Assembly: GCA_965602015.1 (NCBI GenBank) | Contig: OZ271918.1 | Coordinates: 32,001-96,000 of the forward strand | Direction of reading: 5' to 3' | Source of the DNA: Salinispira sp. | Lineage (GTDB): Bacteria > Spirochaetota > Spirochaetia > DSM-27196 > Salinispiraceae | Length of the DNA stretch: 64,000 nt | Made by a program: the position numbers and the translations under genes | Notes under the pieces: model-generated | What the model saw: the letters and a program-made list of their open reading frames with translations, nothing else | Told to the model about the DNA's origin: nothing | Database searches by the model: none | Part shown: one piece after another, positions 19,054 through 28,339 of the stretch | Numbering within the stretch: position 1 is the first letter of the stretch | Layout of the letters: each line of letters begins with the position of its first letter

Positions 19054-20492
19054 TATACGATATCGCAGTAATCGGCGGCGGCCCCGCGGGGCTTACGGCT
19101 GCCGGGCGCTGCGCTGAGTACGCCGAGGGCGTATCCGGCTCGTCATCCGCTGCCGGTCCGTCAATCCTTCTCATCGAGGGGAATCCTGCTCCCGGCAAGA
19201 AACTCCTGCTCACCGGCGGGGGTCGATGCAATATAACCAATGCCGGGGGCGACCCCCGTGAGCTTGCTTCGCGCTTCGGCAGCGAGGGAAGGGCTCTGAT
19301 TTCCCCGTTTACCAGATTCAGCGCGGAGGATTGCCGAAGATTTTTTTCCCGTCTCGGTCTCGAGACCAAGGTCGAGGCTGAGTCCAGGGTATTCCCCGTG
19401 GATGACTCGGCTGCATCTGTGCTCGCTTCCCTGATGAAATACTGCAAACATCCCATGATTCGCACGGTGACTTCTTCCCGGGTACGCTCCATTACCCGCT
19501 CCGGGGCTTCGGATTATTTTTGCCTGGAATTTCAGGGCGGAGATAGTCGGAGCGCGTTCAGCCCGGGCGCTGATGGCCCGGGTGCGGGCAGTCAGGGGGC
19601 AGGCAGTCCGCAGGCGGGTTCGAGTGCGGATGGCCCGGGTGTGCGAACTGTGAACGCCCGGCGGGTAATCCTGGCGACCGGCGGGTTCGCCCGGCCGGAT
19701 ACGGGTTCCGACGGTTCGGGTTTCGCCTTGGCCGAGAGCCTCGGGCACCGCATCAACCGTCCGGACGCCATGCTTGTTCCCGTCGCCGTCAGGGAAAAAA
19801 CGATTTCTTCCCTCATGGGAGTGTCCCTTCAGGACTGCGGCATCCGCGTCCTGCTGTGCTCCGGAGCTGACCCCTCCGCTGACGCCCGGGTGCTCGAACG
19901 CAGCCGCGGCAAGGTTCTGTTCACCCACTTCGGCCTGTCCGGACCGGGCATCCTGAATCTCAGCGGCCGCCTGGGAGAACTCGAGCAGCAATGGCGCAGG
20001 GAACTCTCCGCCGGCGCCCGCCTGGTCATCGAACTCAATCCCAACCCGGACTTGAGCGAGGATGAGGCCGATGCCCAGATTCGCCGACTCTGCGCAGAGC
20101 ATCCGAAAAAACTCGTGGGAAATCTCACCGGGCGGCTTTTGCACCGCAGATATCATTTTTTGTTCGGCGACGACCTTTCCCGGATCCTTGGAATACGAGC
20201 CGCCGACCTGACGAAGGGGGACCGGCGGGTCCTGGCAAGGGCCTGCGTAGGTATTCCCCTTACATTCAAAAAACGCATGCCTCCTGAAGATGCCATCGTT
20301 TCCCGGGGGGGCATTCCCATCGACCAGGTCGACTTCCGGACCATGGAAAGCAAGCGCTGCCGGGGACTCTATGTAATCGGCGACATGCTCGATATTAACC
20401 GTCCCAGCGGCGGTTTTTCCCTTCAGCTTTGCTGGGCCAGCGCCTGGGTGGCCGGGGAGTCCGCCGCTGCCTCGGTCCATGCAAAATCCTAG
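19050..20492 (+). CDS. HI0933/YhiN/BaiN family flavoprotein
   Basis: IGGGPAG; GKKLLLTGGGRCNITN; ILATGG; LFTHFGLSGP; TMESK..GLY.IGDMLDI...GGFSLQ. Confidence 0.9.
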   Translation: MIYDIAVIGGGPAGLTAAGRCAEYAEGVSGSSSAAGPSILLIEGNPAPGKKLLLTGGGRCNITNAGGDPRELASRFGSEGRALISPFTRFSAEDCRRFFSRLGLETKVEAESRVFPVDDSAASVLASLMKYCKHPMIRTVTSSRVRSITRSGASDYFCLEFQGGDSRSAFSPGADGPGAGSQGAGSPQAGSSADGPGVRTVNARRVILATGGFARPDTGSDGSGFALAESLGHRINRPDAMLVPVAVREKTISSLMGVSLQDCGIRVLLCSGADPSADARVLERSRGKVLFTHFGLSGPGILNLSGRLGELEQQWRRELSAGARLVIELNPNPDLSEDEADAQIRRLCAEHPKKLVGNLTGRLLHRRYHFLFGDDLSRILGIRAADLTKGDRRVLARACVGIPLTFKKRMPPEDAIVSRGGIPIDQVDFRTMESKRCRGLYVIGDMLDINRPSGGFSLQLCWASAWVAGESAAASVHAKS

Positions 20493-20523
20493 GCAATACC
20501 TCATACTGTGGGCAGGAGGGCAT

Positions 20524-21177
20524 ATGAGAAATACCACAATGGCTCGGGGGCTTAGCCGCTTTGCGGCGGGCATGGGCATCGCGCTATTTATCCTGGCATC
20601 GGCATCCTGCCTCGATGTTGTGCAAACCATCGAAACCCAGGGGAACACCACCACAACCCAGCTCAAAATCACCTTCAGCAAGGCGCTGATTGAGGGCGGG
20701 GCGGCGATGTCCGGCGAAGAGCCGGATTACAGCGATCTCCCGGATTTTACCGGCGAAGACGGCCTGGTTCAGACCGTAATTCCCGGAGGCAAGGTTGAAG
20801 TGGTTCAGGTGAATAATGATTCGGATATCGGCGTCCTGGTAAACGCCAGTTATACCGCCGGAAATTTAACATCATTGTCGGCGGAAGACCGGGCATTTTT
20901 CCCCCTGGTCGAGGCAAAGCGCATTGAGATACTTCTGCCTCCCAACGACGACGCCGGTGAAATGGATGAGATGGCCGCAATGTTTTTCGGATCCTCGAAA
21001 TACCGCATGCTGATTCAAAAGAGCGCCGGCCGACACTCCATAAGCCGAATACTAATAGACGGCGAGCCCGCCGATCTCCCCGTGCTGGAAATGGAAGACG
21101 TCCTGTTGATCGAGCTGCCCCTGTTGACCTGGCTGGCTGCCCGGGATGTTTTGCCGGTGGAAATTTTCTTTGATTGA
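20524..21177 (+). CDS. Hypothetical lipoprotein
   Basis: AGGAGG RBS; lipobox SASC; acidic mature part. Confidence 0.7.
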   Translation: MRNTTMARGLSRFAAGMGIALFILASASCLDVVQTIETQGNTTTTQLKITFSKALIEGGAAMSGEEPDYSDLPDFTGEDGLVQTVIPGGKVEVVQVNNDSDIGVLVNASYTAGNLTSLSAEDRAFFPLVEAKRIEILLPPNDDAGEMDEMAAMFFGSSKYRMLIQKSAGRHSISRILIDGEPADLPVLEMEDVLLIELPLLTWLAARDVLPVEIFFD

Positions 21178-21207
21178 GCGTTCAGGAATTCAATTGTATA
21201 GTGATAT

Positions 21208-21534
21208 GTGATGAAAACTATCAGGATTTTCTATTTCAAAGAAATGACCGACGAACAGCAAAAAGAACTTCTGGATCGCCGGCTCGAGGAAGTTATGGCC
21301 GAAGGCAAGGTCAATCTCCTCACGGTGATCGAAGAGGGCGGTAAAACGAACCATGTTAAAAACCACCAGCAGCGTCAGTTTTCCAAGGCCGCGGGACCAT
21401 ATGTGGAAAAATCCGCGGTGGTGGGAGCCAAGGGAATGATCAAAGTCGCTGTGGCAGGGGTGAAAATGGTTACCGGCCGGGAGATCAGGGCATTCGACAG
21501 CGAGGTCGATGCGGTCAGGTGGCTGGACTCATAA
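21208..21534 (+). CDS. SpoIIAA-like / STAS-SEC14-type small protein
   Basis: KSAVVGAKG...IRAFDSEVDAVRWL C-terminal pattern. Confidence 0.6.
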   Translation: MMKTIRIFYFKEMTDEQQKELLDRRLEEVMAEGKVNLLTVIEEGGKTNHVKNHQQRQFSKAAGPYVEKSAVVGAKGMIKVAVAGVKMVTGREIRAFDSEVDAVRWLDS

Positions 21535-22389
21535 ACATTCGCCGTCTATTGCCGCGAGCCGGTCCTTGAGGTAGTTACTGAAGCTGATTTTCGGCACGCC
21601 CTTGGCGGGCTTCGCCTCGATGCGCAGCTCTTCACCGGTTGCCGGGTGTTTGACGGTTCTCGATTTCTGGGCTTCGCGTATTTTGCGGTAAAACCTTCCG
21701 ATTTTTCCCATGGGCACCGACTCGCCCATGAGCATGCCGGTTTCAACCATGGTGAGGTAGTCATCGACAATGAGCCGGGCCTGGTTTCCCGTCAGGCCGT
21801 GCTTTTTCGCCAGATACCTGGTCATGGACTTCATGGTAAACTGATCGGGAATATTTTCCTGGCCTTCGGACAGATCCCTGTTGAATTTCATAAAGCCGGT
21901 GGTCACATAAATGCTTCCTTCCCGTATGAGCCGGTCCTGCTGATCCTTTTCCAGATCTTCCGGGCAGACCGCCAGACGGTACACCGGACTGGTTGTGCTT
22001 ATTCTCGAGTTAATGAAAACTATGGGGTGGCCGCAGCGCACCTCGCCGGGGAGGGAAATCATCTGGTCCGCAATTATATCCGGAACATCGGTGCGAAGCT
22101 TAATGGCCGAGTATTCGAGCCATTTGCCGGCGGTGTCGTCGTTGTCCGGTCCGACGGCCAGCAGGGAGCCCGAATAGCTCAGGGCCATAAAGCCCCTGCT
22201 GTCTCCGGCGGGAAGCACATCGCAGATTTCCAGCCCGCTTTGCCGTGCGTGGAGCTCGAAGAGGGATTCCTTCCTCTGCCAGACTCCGGCCATCAGTTCC
22301 AGAAAGTCCCTGTCGCCCTGTTTTCCCGCGTCCGCCGCAAGGGCCGTCAACTGCCGCTGTATTTCTCCAGATAGCTTTTCATATGACAT
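21529..22389 (-). CDS. Unnamed ~170-aa domain fused to a C-terminal HU/IHF DNA-binding domain
   Basis: C-terminus MTRYLAKKHGLT..ARLIVD...GESVPMGKIGRF...HPATGEELRIEAK...PKISFSNYLKD is HU-like; N-terminus is homologous to ORF 22537-23061. GGGAGAG RBS before ATG 22389. Confidence 0.8.
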   Translation of the reverse strand: MSYEKLSGEIQRQLTALAADAGKQGDRDFLELMAGVWQRKESLFELHARQSGLEICDVLPAGDSRGFMALSYSGSLLAVGPDNDDTAGKWLEYSAIKLRTDVPDIIADQMISLPGEVRCGHPIVFINSRISTTSPVYRLAVCPEDLEKDQQDRLIREGSIYVTTGFMKFNRDLSEGQENIPDQFTMKSMTRYLAKKHGLTGNQARLIVDDYLTMVETGMLMGESVPMGKIGRFYRKIREAQKSRTVKHPATGEELRIEAKPAKGVPKISFSNYLKDRLAAIDGECL

Positions 22390-22536
22390 ACTATGCTCTC
22401 CCGACACTAACAATAGTTCGAAAACGCAGTGTTTTCAATAATTTTTTCAAAAGATACCGAAAAATATGGAACTTTATGGAAAGGGGCGATAGAATCACCA
22501 TCGCAGCTGCAATCACACGGTATCAGGAGAGAAAAA

Positions 22537-23061
22537 ATGAGTGTACAATTTGACGAGCTTGCCCCGGAAATTCAGAGTCACATCAGGACCCTCGCCAAGC
22601 AAAACGGCGGCGGAGATGAAATGATCGAACGGCTCGCCGACGCCTGGCAGGAAAAGTTTCGGCAGTTCAGCGGGAAAACCGCTGAAGGCAATATGGAGGC
22701 TCTGGATCGCCTGGAGGTGGATGACAGCAGGGGGGTGTTGATGCTTACCTACTCCGGTTCCCTGCTTTCCGTGGGCCCGGACTCCGATGACGGCCGGAAG
22801 GTCGATTACGTCAGCATCGGGCTTCGAAGCGATGTGCCCGAATCTATCAGCGGGGAGGCGGTGAGCTTCGCTGCAAGCCCCGAATGCGGCAGGCCGGTAG
22901 AGTTTACCGCCGGACCTATCAGCAAGAGTTCGCCGATTTTTGCCATGGCTGCCACAGCGGTGGACGCCGGTGAAGAAGAAGCCCTGGAACAGCTCGAAGA
23001 GATGACGAGGATAATCAGCGATGAGTTCGCTGAAATCAATAAAACGATAATTCAGGAGTGA
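22537..23061 (+). CDS. Acidic hypothetical protein; stand-alone paralog of the N-terminal domain of the HU fusion
   Basis: AGGAG RBS; DSRGVLMLTYSGSLLSVGPD..GLRSDVP aligns with DSRGFMALSYSGSLLAVGPD..KLRTDVP. Confidence 0.8.
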   Translation: MSVQFDELAPEIQSHIRTLAKQNGGGDEMIERLADAWQEKFRQFSGKTAEGNMEALDRLEVDDSRGVLMLTYSGSLLSVGPDSDDGRKVDYVSIGLRSDVPESISGEAVSFAASPECGRPVEFTAGPISKSSPIFAMAATAVDAGEEEALEQLEEMTRIISDEFAEINKTIIQE

Positions 23062-23067
23062 TGCGCC

Positions 23068-24081
23068 GTGGAACGAGCCGAATTGAATCAACTGGAGCAG
23101 CAGCTGACGGAACGGGCCCGACTTTCCGGGCTTCCCGACCGGGTTGAGTTGGGCGGGCTGCTGGCCCAGGTGAACGGAATACTCAATTCGGAACCCGAGG
23201 ATCTCCGCCCGGCGGACCGCAGAGGTCTGCCCGGCGGCCTCGTCCTTCTGCCGGTTGCCCAGTATTACCTGGTGGTTCCCGATTTGCACGCCAGGAAGGA
23301 TTTTTTCCTCCAGGTTTTACTGCATCGCGCCGCCGGAGTTAATTCGGTGCTCGCCGACCTTGCGGAGGGCAGGGCGGTTGTGATTTGCGTCGGCGATGCG
23401 TTTCACTCGGAGCGCCGGGCCTTGAAGCGCTGGCAGGCGGCGTTTGGTGAATACATCAACGAGTTCGCCGAGCATAGGCACATGGATGAGGAAATGGCCG
23501 AAAACCTCGGCCTCCTTCAAATGATCGCCATGGTCAAGCGAGCCTTCCCCCGGAGCTTTCATTTCCTGAAGGGTAATCACGAGAACATCGCCAATGAACG
23601 GGGTGAGGGCAACTATCCGTTTATGAAGTTCGTCCGGGAGGGCGACATGGTCAAGCGATGGATGGACATGTTCGCCGGGCCCGATGTGCCCGACCTGATA
23701 TACCGCTGGGAAAAATCCCTGCCGCTTATGGCCGCCGGGGAGGATTTCCTGGTGACCCATGCTGAGCCCGGAAGGGCCCTGGAGAGGAACGAGGTCATAG
23801 ACGCCTATGGGAACCCCGAGGTGATCTACCTTCTCACCTGGGTGGGAAACGACGAAGCCGAACCCGGTTCGGTACGGAAAACCCTGGAAAACATCATCGG
23901 CCGTGGGGCCGACGGGCGGATTTTCGGCGGCCACAGACCGGTGAGCGACCGCTACGATCTGCGGCAGGACGGCCAGTACGTCCAGATCAACACCCCGGAC
24001 AATCATGTGGTCGCCAGATTTTCTACAATGAATACCTTTGATCCGGAGACCCAGATCTACCGGATACTCGGAGGTCAATAA
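23068..24081 (+). CDS. Calcineurin-like metallophosphoesterase
   Basis: VPDLH, VGDAFH, LKGNHEN, VTHAE and GGHRP metal-ligand motifs. Confidence 0.85.
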   Translation: MERAELNQLEQQLTERARLSGLPDRVELGGLLAQVNGILNSEPEDLRPADRRGLPGGLVLLPVAQYYLVVPDLHARKDFFLQVLLHRAAGVNSVLADLAEGRAVVICVGDAFHSERRALKRWQAAFGEYINEFAEHRHMDEEMAENLGLLQMIAMVKRAFPRSFHFLKGNHENIANERGEGNYPFMKFVREGDMVKRWMDMFAGPDVPDLIYRWEKSLPLMAAGEDFLVTHAEPGRALERNEVIDAYGNPEVIYLLTWVGNDEAEPGSVRKTLENIIGRGADGRIFGGHRPVSDRYDLRQDGQYVQINTPDNHVVARFSTMNTFDPETQIYRILGGQ

Positions 24082-25886
24082 TGGCAACGGCTCCGAGCCA
24101 GATAGACAAGTATCCGGTCAAGCAGCAGGTGGCCAGCGGCGGCATGAGCGCCGTGTACCTGGGCAGCCACCCAACCCTCGACAGGCCGGTTATTCTCAAG
24201 AAACTCACCCTCTCGGGAGACAAGTCCATTACCGAACGCTTTCGGCGTGAGGCCAGGCTTCTGATGGATTTCCGGCACGACCACATCGTGGATGTGTTTG
24301 ATCACTTCGTAAAAGGCAGATCGCACTATATCGTCATGGAATATGTGGACGGCATGTCGGTCAAGGAGCTCATCGAGTCCCAGCGCTATCTGGACGCCCC
24401 GGTAGCGGCGTACATCACCCTGATTACCTGCCGGGCCCTGGAGTATGCTCACCGCAAGGGCGTGGTCCATCGGGATATCAAACCGGCGAATGTGCTGTTA
24501 TCCCGGGACGGGGAAATCAAGCTCGCGGACTTCGGCATCGCCAGCGGCGGCGGGGGAGATGAAACCCTCACCAGCGACGGCGCCACCCTCGGCACGCCGG
24601 CCTACATGGCACCCGAGCAGTTCAGCAACTCCCGAACCGTTGACTTCCGCGCCGACCTGTACTCCCTGGGGGTCATGCTCTACGAGATGCTCTGCGGGCA
24701 GAAGCCGTTCCCCGGGGGGTTTACACCGGAAGTAATTCAGGCCATCCAAAAGGGACGCTATATTCGGCCGGGAAAACACAACCCTTCCATTCCCCGGGTG
24801 ATCAAAAAGCTCATACGGCAGCTCATGCTGCCGTCCAAGGACCGGCGCCTGAGCCACATGAAACGGATTCAGGAGCGTCTGGAGCGCTTTCTCAGCGCCT
24901 ACGACGGGGAAGCTGTGGTGAGCAGGCTCGGTGCCCTGGTTCGCAATGAGGAACCGACGGTCCTCGGCAGGCGGCGCCGGCCCCGCCCCCTTCTTCGCTG
25001 GGGAATCGCGGCGGCGGTCCTCCTGCTCGCCGGCCTAATCGGGGGATACGCAGCAATCACCGATGTCCATCGCGTGCTGCTCTTTCCCGGGGAGTACGGC
25101 AGGCTTCGAATAGAGTTTCAGGGAAACCGCGCGCCGGTTAGCAGCATCTTCGTCGATGACGGCCGGGAGATACCCCCGGTGCCGGCGACGGTCCGTTTTA
25201 TTCCCCAGGGCGACTGGCAGGTCTCCCTTCCCCTGGTTCTGCCCGAGGGACAGTACCGCATAAAAACCGAAAGCGGGGACCGGGTGGTGTGGAACAGCAT
25301 TTACCTGCCCTCTGCGGCCCGCAGGAGCGAAGGCAGGAGGGTGTTTATTGCCGCCGAAGAGCCCGTCGCCCGGGAATTAACGGTTCGCACCGAGGCGGCG
25401 GATATAAGCCGGGGCGGCCGGGTTAACGTGGAGGTCATAACCGAGGTGTTGCAGGGCCGAGCCTTTATTCCCATTGATCGGGCTGAATCTCTCATGAGCG
25501 GAGAAGTGCACCATTTTCGCATCCGCGCAGAGGGCTATTTTACCCAGGAGTTTGTGCTGCGCATCGACACCAGACAACGGGATGTGGTGCTGCGGGCCGA
25601 CATGGTGCCCCTGCCCGGTGAGCTCAGGGTCGCCTTTCCCGTGGGGAACCGGGATTTTCTGTTCCGTATCGACGGTGACAGCAGGGCGATGATCGTGGAA
25701 GCCGGCGCAGTCCGCCGAACCGAGCTGAATCTTGAGGCCAGGGACCGATATCCCCTGCTTCCCGGAAACTATGAACTGTTCATTTCCGGAGACGGGTGGC
25801 AGCAAAGCATCCAACTGGAGCTGGCGTCCGGCGAGAACCGGGTTCTTTTCATCAATCCGGCTGCCTCAACGGCTGAGTTGAGATAG
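24081..25886 (+). CDS. Hanks-type Ser/Thr protein kinase with TM helix and extracytoplasmic beta-sandwich region
   Basis: ASGGMSAVY, VILK, HRDIKPAN, DFG, GTPAYMAPE, DLYSLG; TM LLRWGIAAAVLLLAGLIGGYAAI; TAATG coupling to the phosphoesterase. Confidence 0.95.
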   Translation: MATAPSQIDKYPVKQQVASGGMSAVYLGSHPTLDRPVILKKLTLSGDKSITERFRREARLLMDFRHDHIVDVFDHFVKGRSHYIVMEYVDGMSVKELIESQRYLDAPVAAYITLITCRALEYAHRKGVVHRDIKPANVLLSRDGEIKLADFGIASGGGGDETLTSDGATLGTPAYMAPEQFSNSRTVDFRADLYSLGVMLYEMLCGQKPFPGGFTPEVIQAIQKGRYIRPGKHNPSIPRVIKKLIRQLMLPSKDRRLSHMKRIQERLERFLSAYDGEAVVSRLGALVRNEEPTVLGRRRRPRPLLRWGIAAAVLLLAGLIGGYAAITDVHRVLLFPGEYGRLRIEFQGNRAPVSSIFVDDGREIPPVPATVRFIPQGDWQVSLPLVLPEGQYRIKTESGDRVVWNSIYLPSAARRSEGRRVFIAAEEPVARELTVRTEAADISRGGRVNVEVITEVLQGRAFIPIDRAESLMSGEVHHFRIRAEGYFTQEFVLRIDTRQRDVVLRADMVPLPGELRVAFPVGNRDFLFRIDGDSRAMIVEAGAVRRTELNLEARDRYPLLPGNYELFISGDGWQQSIQLELASGENRVLFINPAASTAELR

Positions 25887-25918
25887 GCCAAAGACGAAAA
25901 ACCAATAAGGAATGTGAT

Positions 25919-26812
25919 ATGACCTTAACGATACGAAGATTAATCTATGTTCTTGCAGGGGTCCTGGCGGGAATACTGGCCCTGGGCGCCGTGGAGTCGG
26001 TTTTGCGTTCGGCCATCGGAAATTATGCAGTCTCCACCATTCTCCAGGGAGCGGTGATGGGGGCCTCCTTTGGTCTGGTGTTCGGATTATGCGACGGATT
26101 TTTCTTCTCGTCCTTAAAGCGCCCGGAAGTAGCGGTGAGATTTCCCGCCGCTCTGCTGACCATGGCGGCGGGAACCGGCGGCGCAGCCCTGGCCATTCTC
26201 CTTTCAGCCCAGCTGCTGCTGCTTTTTACCGGGCTTGGCAGCTCGGGGTTTCGCAATACTCCGCTGATTTTCGCCCAGATTCGGGGGTTCGCCTGGATGA
26301 TTCCCGGCGGGCTCATCGGCGCCGCCCAGGGTTTTATCCGGCGCAGTCCCGCCCGGGCTGCCGGAGGGGCTTTGGGCGGCATGGCCGGGGCTTTTCTCGG
26401 CGGGGCGGTTATGGAGCTGGCGGGAATCCTGATGCCGGCAAATATCTGGCTGAGGGCAGCGGGATTCGTCCTCATGGGGGTCTCACTGGGGTTCGCCCTT
26501 GGCTGGTTCGAAGCCCGGTTTGCCTACGGAAGGCTCAAAGTACTCAGCGGAGCGGCTAAAAATCGGGACCTGCTGCTGGTCGACCGCAGGCTCAGCCTCG
26601 GCAGCGGCAAGGGCGATCAATTGGCATTTTCCCGCTACGATGACCTGCTCCCCAGGCATGCCATCCTGCACCGCCAGGGCGACGACGTATTTATTGAAAA
26701 ACAGTCGGGCCCGGTTTCGCTGAATGTCAGGGAAATCGACCAACGCCATCTGCTTCGTTACGGCGACGTCCTTGAAGCCGGCGGCCTTCGGCTGCTGTAT
26801 CTCCCCCGTTAA
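25919..26812 (+). CDS. Gly-rich multi-TM membrane protein with C-terminal FHA-fold domain
   Basis: About 6 Gly-rich TM helices, then GRLKVLSG...LSLGS...RHAIL...LRYGDVLEAG. Confidence 0.75.
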   Translation: MTLTIRRLIYVLAGVLAGILALGAVESVLRSAIGNYAVSTILQGAVMGASFGLVFGLCDGFFFSSLKRPEVAVRFPAALLTMAAGTGGAALAILLSAQLLLLFTGLGSSGFRNTPLIFAQIRGFAWMIPGGLIGAAQGFIRRSPARAAGGALGGMAGAFLGGAVMELAGILMPANIWLRAAGFVLMGVSLGFALGWFEARFAYGRLKVLSGAAKNRDLLLVDRRLSLGSGKGDQLAFSRYDDLLPRHAILHRQGDDVFIEKQSGPVSLNVREIDQRHLLRYGDVLEAGGLRLLYLPR

Positions 26813-26833
26813 GGCAAGAATCCGGAGGATTAT

Positions 26834-28306
26834 ATGAAGCGAATAATGCAAACAAGTACACGGCGTCGGGTGCGCCAGCTTTCCACAATGCTTTTTGTCT
26901 GGGCTTGCGGCATCCTTTTCAGTCCGGGCGTATTTGCCGATGACTGGGAGATAACCCAGGTCGACAGTTCATCCCTTCTCACCGCGGGAAGCATAAGGGT
27001 GTATCTGAGGTCGCAGAATCAATCGGGTGAAACTCCGGCGCAGAACGGCGCCCAGGGGGCAGAGGATTCGGAAAGCCGCGGCGCAGCTCCTTCGGTTCGT
27101 GATTTTCGAGTCCGGGACCGCGACGCCGGCCCCCTTGAAGTGCTTTCCGCGGAGAGCGGGGTGTTGCGGGAAGAGGGAATATCGTTTTTGATGCTTCTGG
27201 ATAACTCGGGTTCCATGTACGACGAACAGTTCAACGGGCGGCGGAGGATTGACGAAGCCGTCGACGCCATCAGGGATTTTACCGGACTCACGGCCGCAAG
27301 CGGGGACCGGATGGGCATGGCCCTGTTCGACACAGGTCTTACACCGGTAGCCCTGCCCGGCGACCGTCACCGTGATATTTTGCGCACCCTGGAAACCCTC
27401 AGACGGCCTGAGCGGCAGGATGCCTATACCGAGCTCTATAATGCCCTGCTGGACAGCGCGGACGACATGGCCGATCTGACGGGACGGCGGGCCATCATCC
27501 TTTTGTCCGACGGCAGGAACCTGCCGTATTTGCTGTCCGAAGCTGAGCCCAATCCCACATGGGGCGAGCGTTTGCCCCTGGCCGGCGATGTTTCCCGGGC
27601 GCTTCTGCAGGCGGGGGTCACCCTGTATGCGGTTAATTTTTCCGACGATGAGGATCCGGGGCTGGCGCAGATTGCATCGGCCTCCGGAGGCGCGGTGTAC
27701 CGGGCGCGGTCGGGCAGCGAGCTGGCCCGGGTCTATGAAAATATCCGGAACGACATTCTCAACGAGCTTCGCCTGGAGATCCTGGCGCCGGCAATAGACC
27801 GCAGCGACCGCCAACTGATAATCGGATACGACGGCGGAGAGATTCGCGCAGACTACTACATTCCGCGAATTTTCGCTCCGGGCCGCGGCGAGGAGCCGAC
27901 GGCCTGGCCGCTTATTATCCTTTTTCTCGCCATCGCCGCGGGGGGAACCGCAATCCTGTTCCTGTTCCCCTTTGAGGGGCCGGCGAAGGCTGCCCAGCTT
28001 CGCCAGGTGGACAGCCGGCTCACCGCGGTGTTGCGCAATGACGTCACCTCCATCGGCTCAGATCCCGCCGCCGGACTGACCCTGGCGGGAAATCCCGCAG
28101 TGGAGGCCGAGCATGCCACGGTGGTCAGGGATGACCGGGGAACCTACCGCCTCGAGTCGGGAAAAATCGTCATGGTAAACAACCAGCCGGTTACCAAGAC
28201 CCGGCTTCGTCCCGGGGATGTCATTCGAATCGAGGGAACCACCCTGATTTTTGATGAGCCCGAATCCCGGCCTCCGCGCAAGACAAAGAGCGGCAAATCG
28301 GAGTAG
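26834..28306 (+). CDS. Exported vWA domain - TM - FHA-fold protein
   Basis: Signal peptide; MIDAS LLDNSGSM, YTELY, LLSDG; TM PLIILFLAIAAGGTAILFLF; C-terminal SIGS...EHATV...VNNQPV..RLRPGDVIRI. Confidence 0.85.
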   Translation: MKRIMQTSTRRRVRQLSTMLFVWACGILFSPGVFADDWEITQVDSSSLLTAGSIRVYLRSQNQSGETPAQNGAQGAEDSESRGAAPSVRDFRVRDRDAGPLEVLSAESGVLREEGISFLMLLDNSGSMYDEQFNGRRRIDEAVDAIRDFTGLTAASGDRMGMALFDTGLTPVALPGDRHRDILRTLETLRRPERQDAYTELYNALLDSADDMADLTGRRAIILLSDGRNLPYLLSEAEPNPTWGERLPLAGDVSRALLQAGVTLYAVNFSDDEDPGLAQIASASGGAVYRARSGSELARVYENIRNDILNELRLEILAPAIDRSDRQLIIGYDGGEIRADYYIPRIFAPGRGEEPTAWPLIILFLAIAAGGTAILFLFPFEGPAKAAQLRQVDSRLTAVLRNDVTSIGSDPAAGLTLAGNPAVEAEHATVVRDDRGTYRLESGKIVMVNNQPVTKTRLRPGDVIRIEGTTLIFDEPESRPPRKTKSGKSE

Positions 28307-28339
28307 ACTTGCCGGGAATACGCGAACCGGGAGTGGTCC

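Noticed and set aside
23068..28306. TerY-phosphorylation triad or type VI secretion regulatory module
   Set aside because: The phosphatase is calcineurin-like rather than PP2C, the vWA is exported and TM-anchored, and no ter or T6SS structural genes are in the window.
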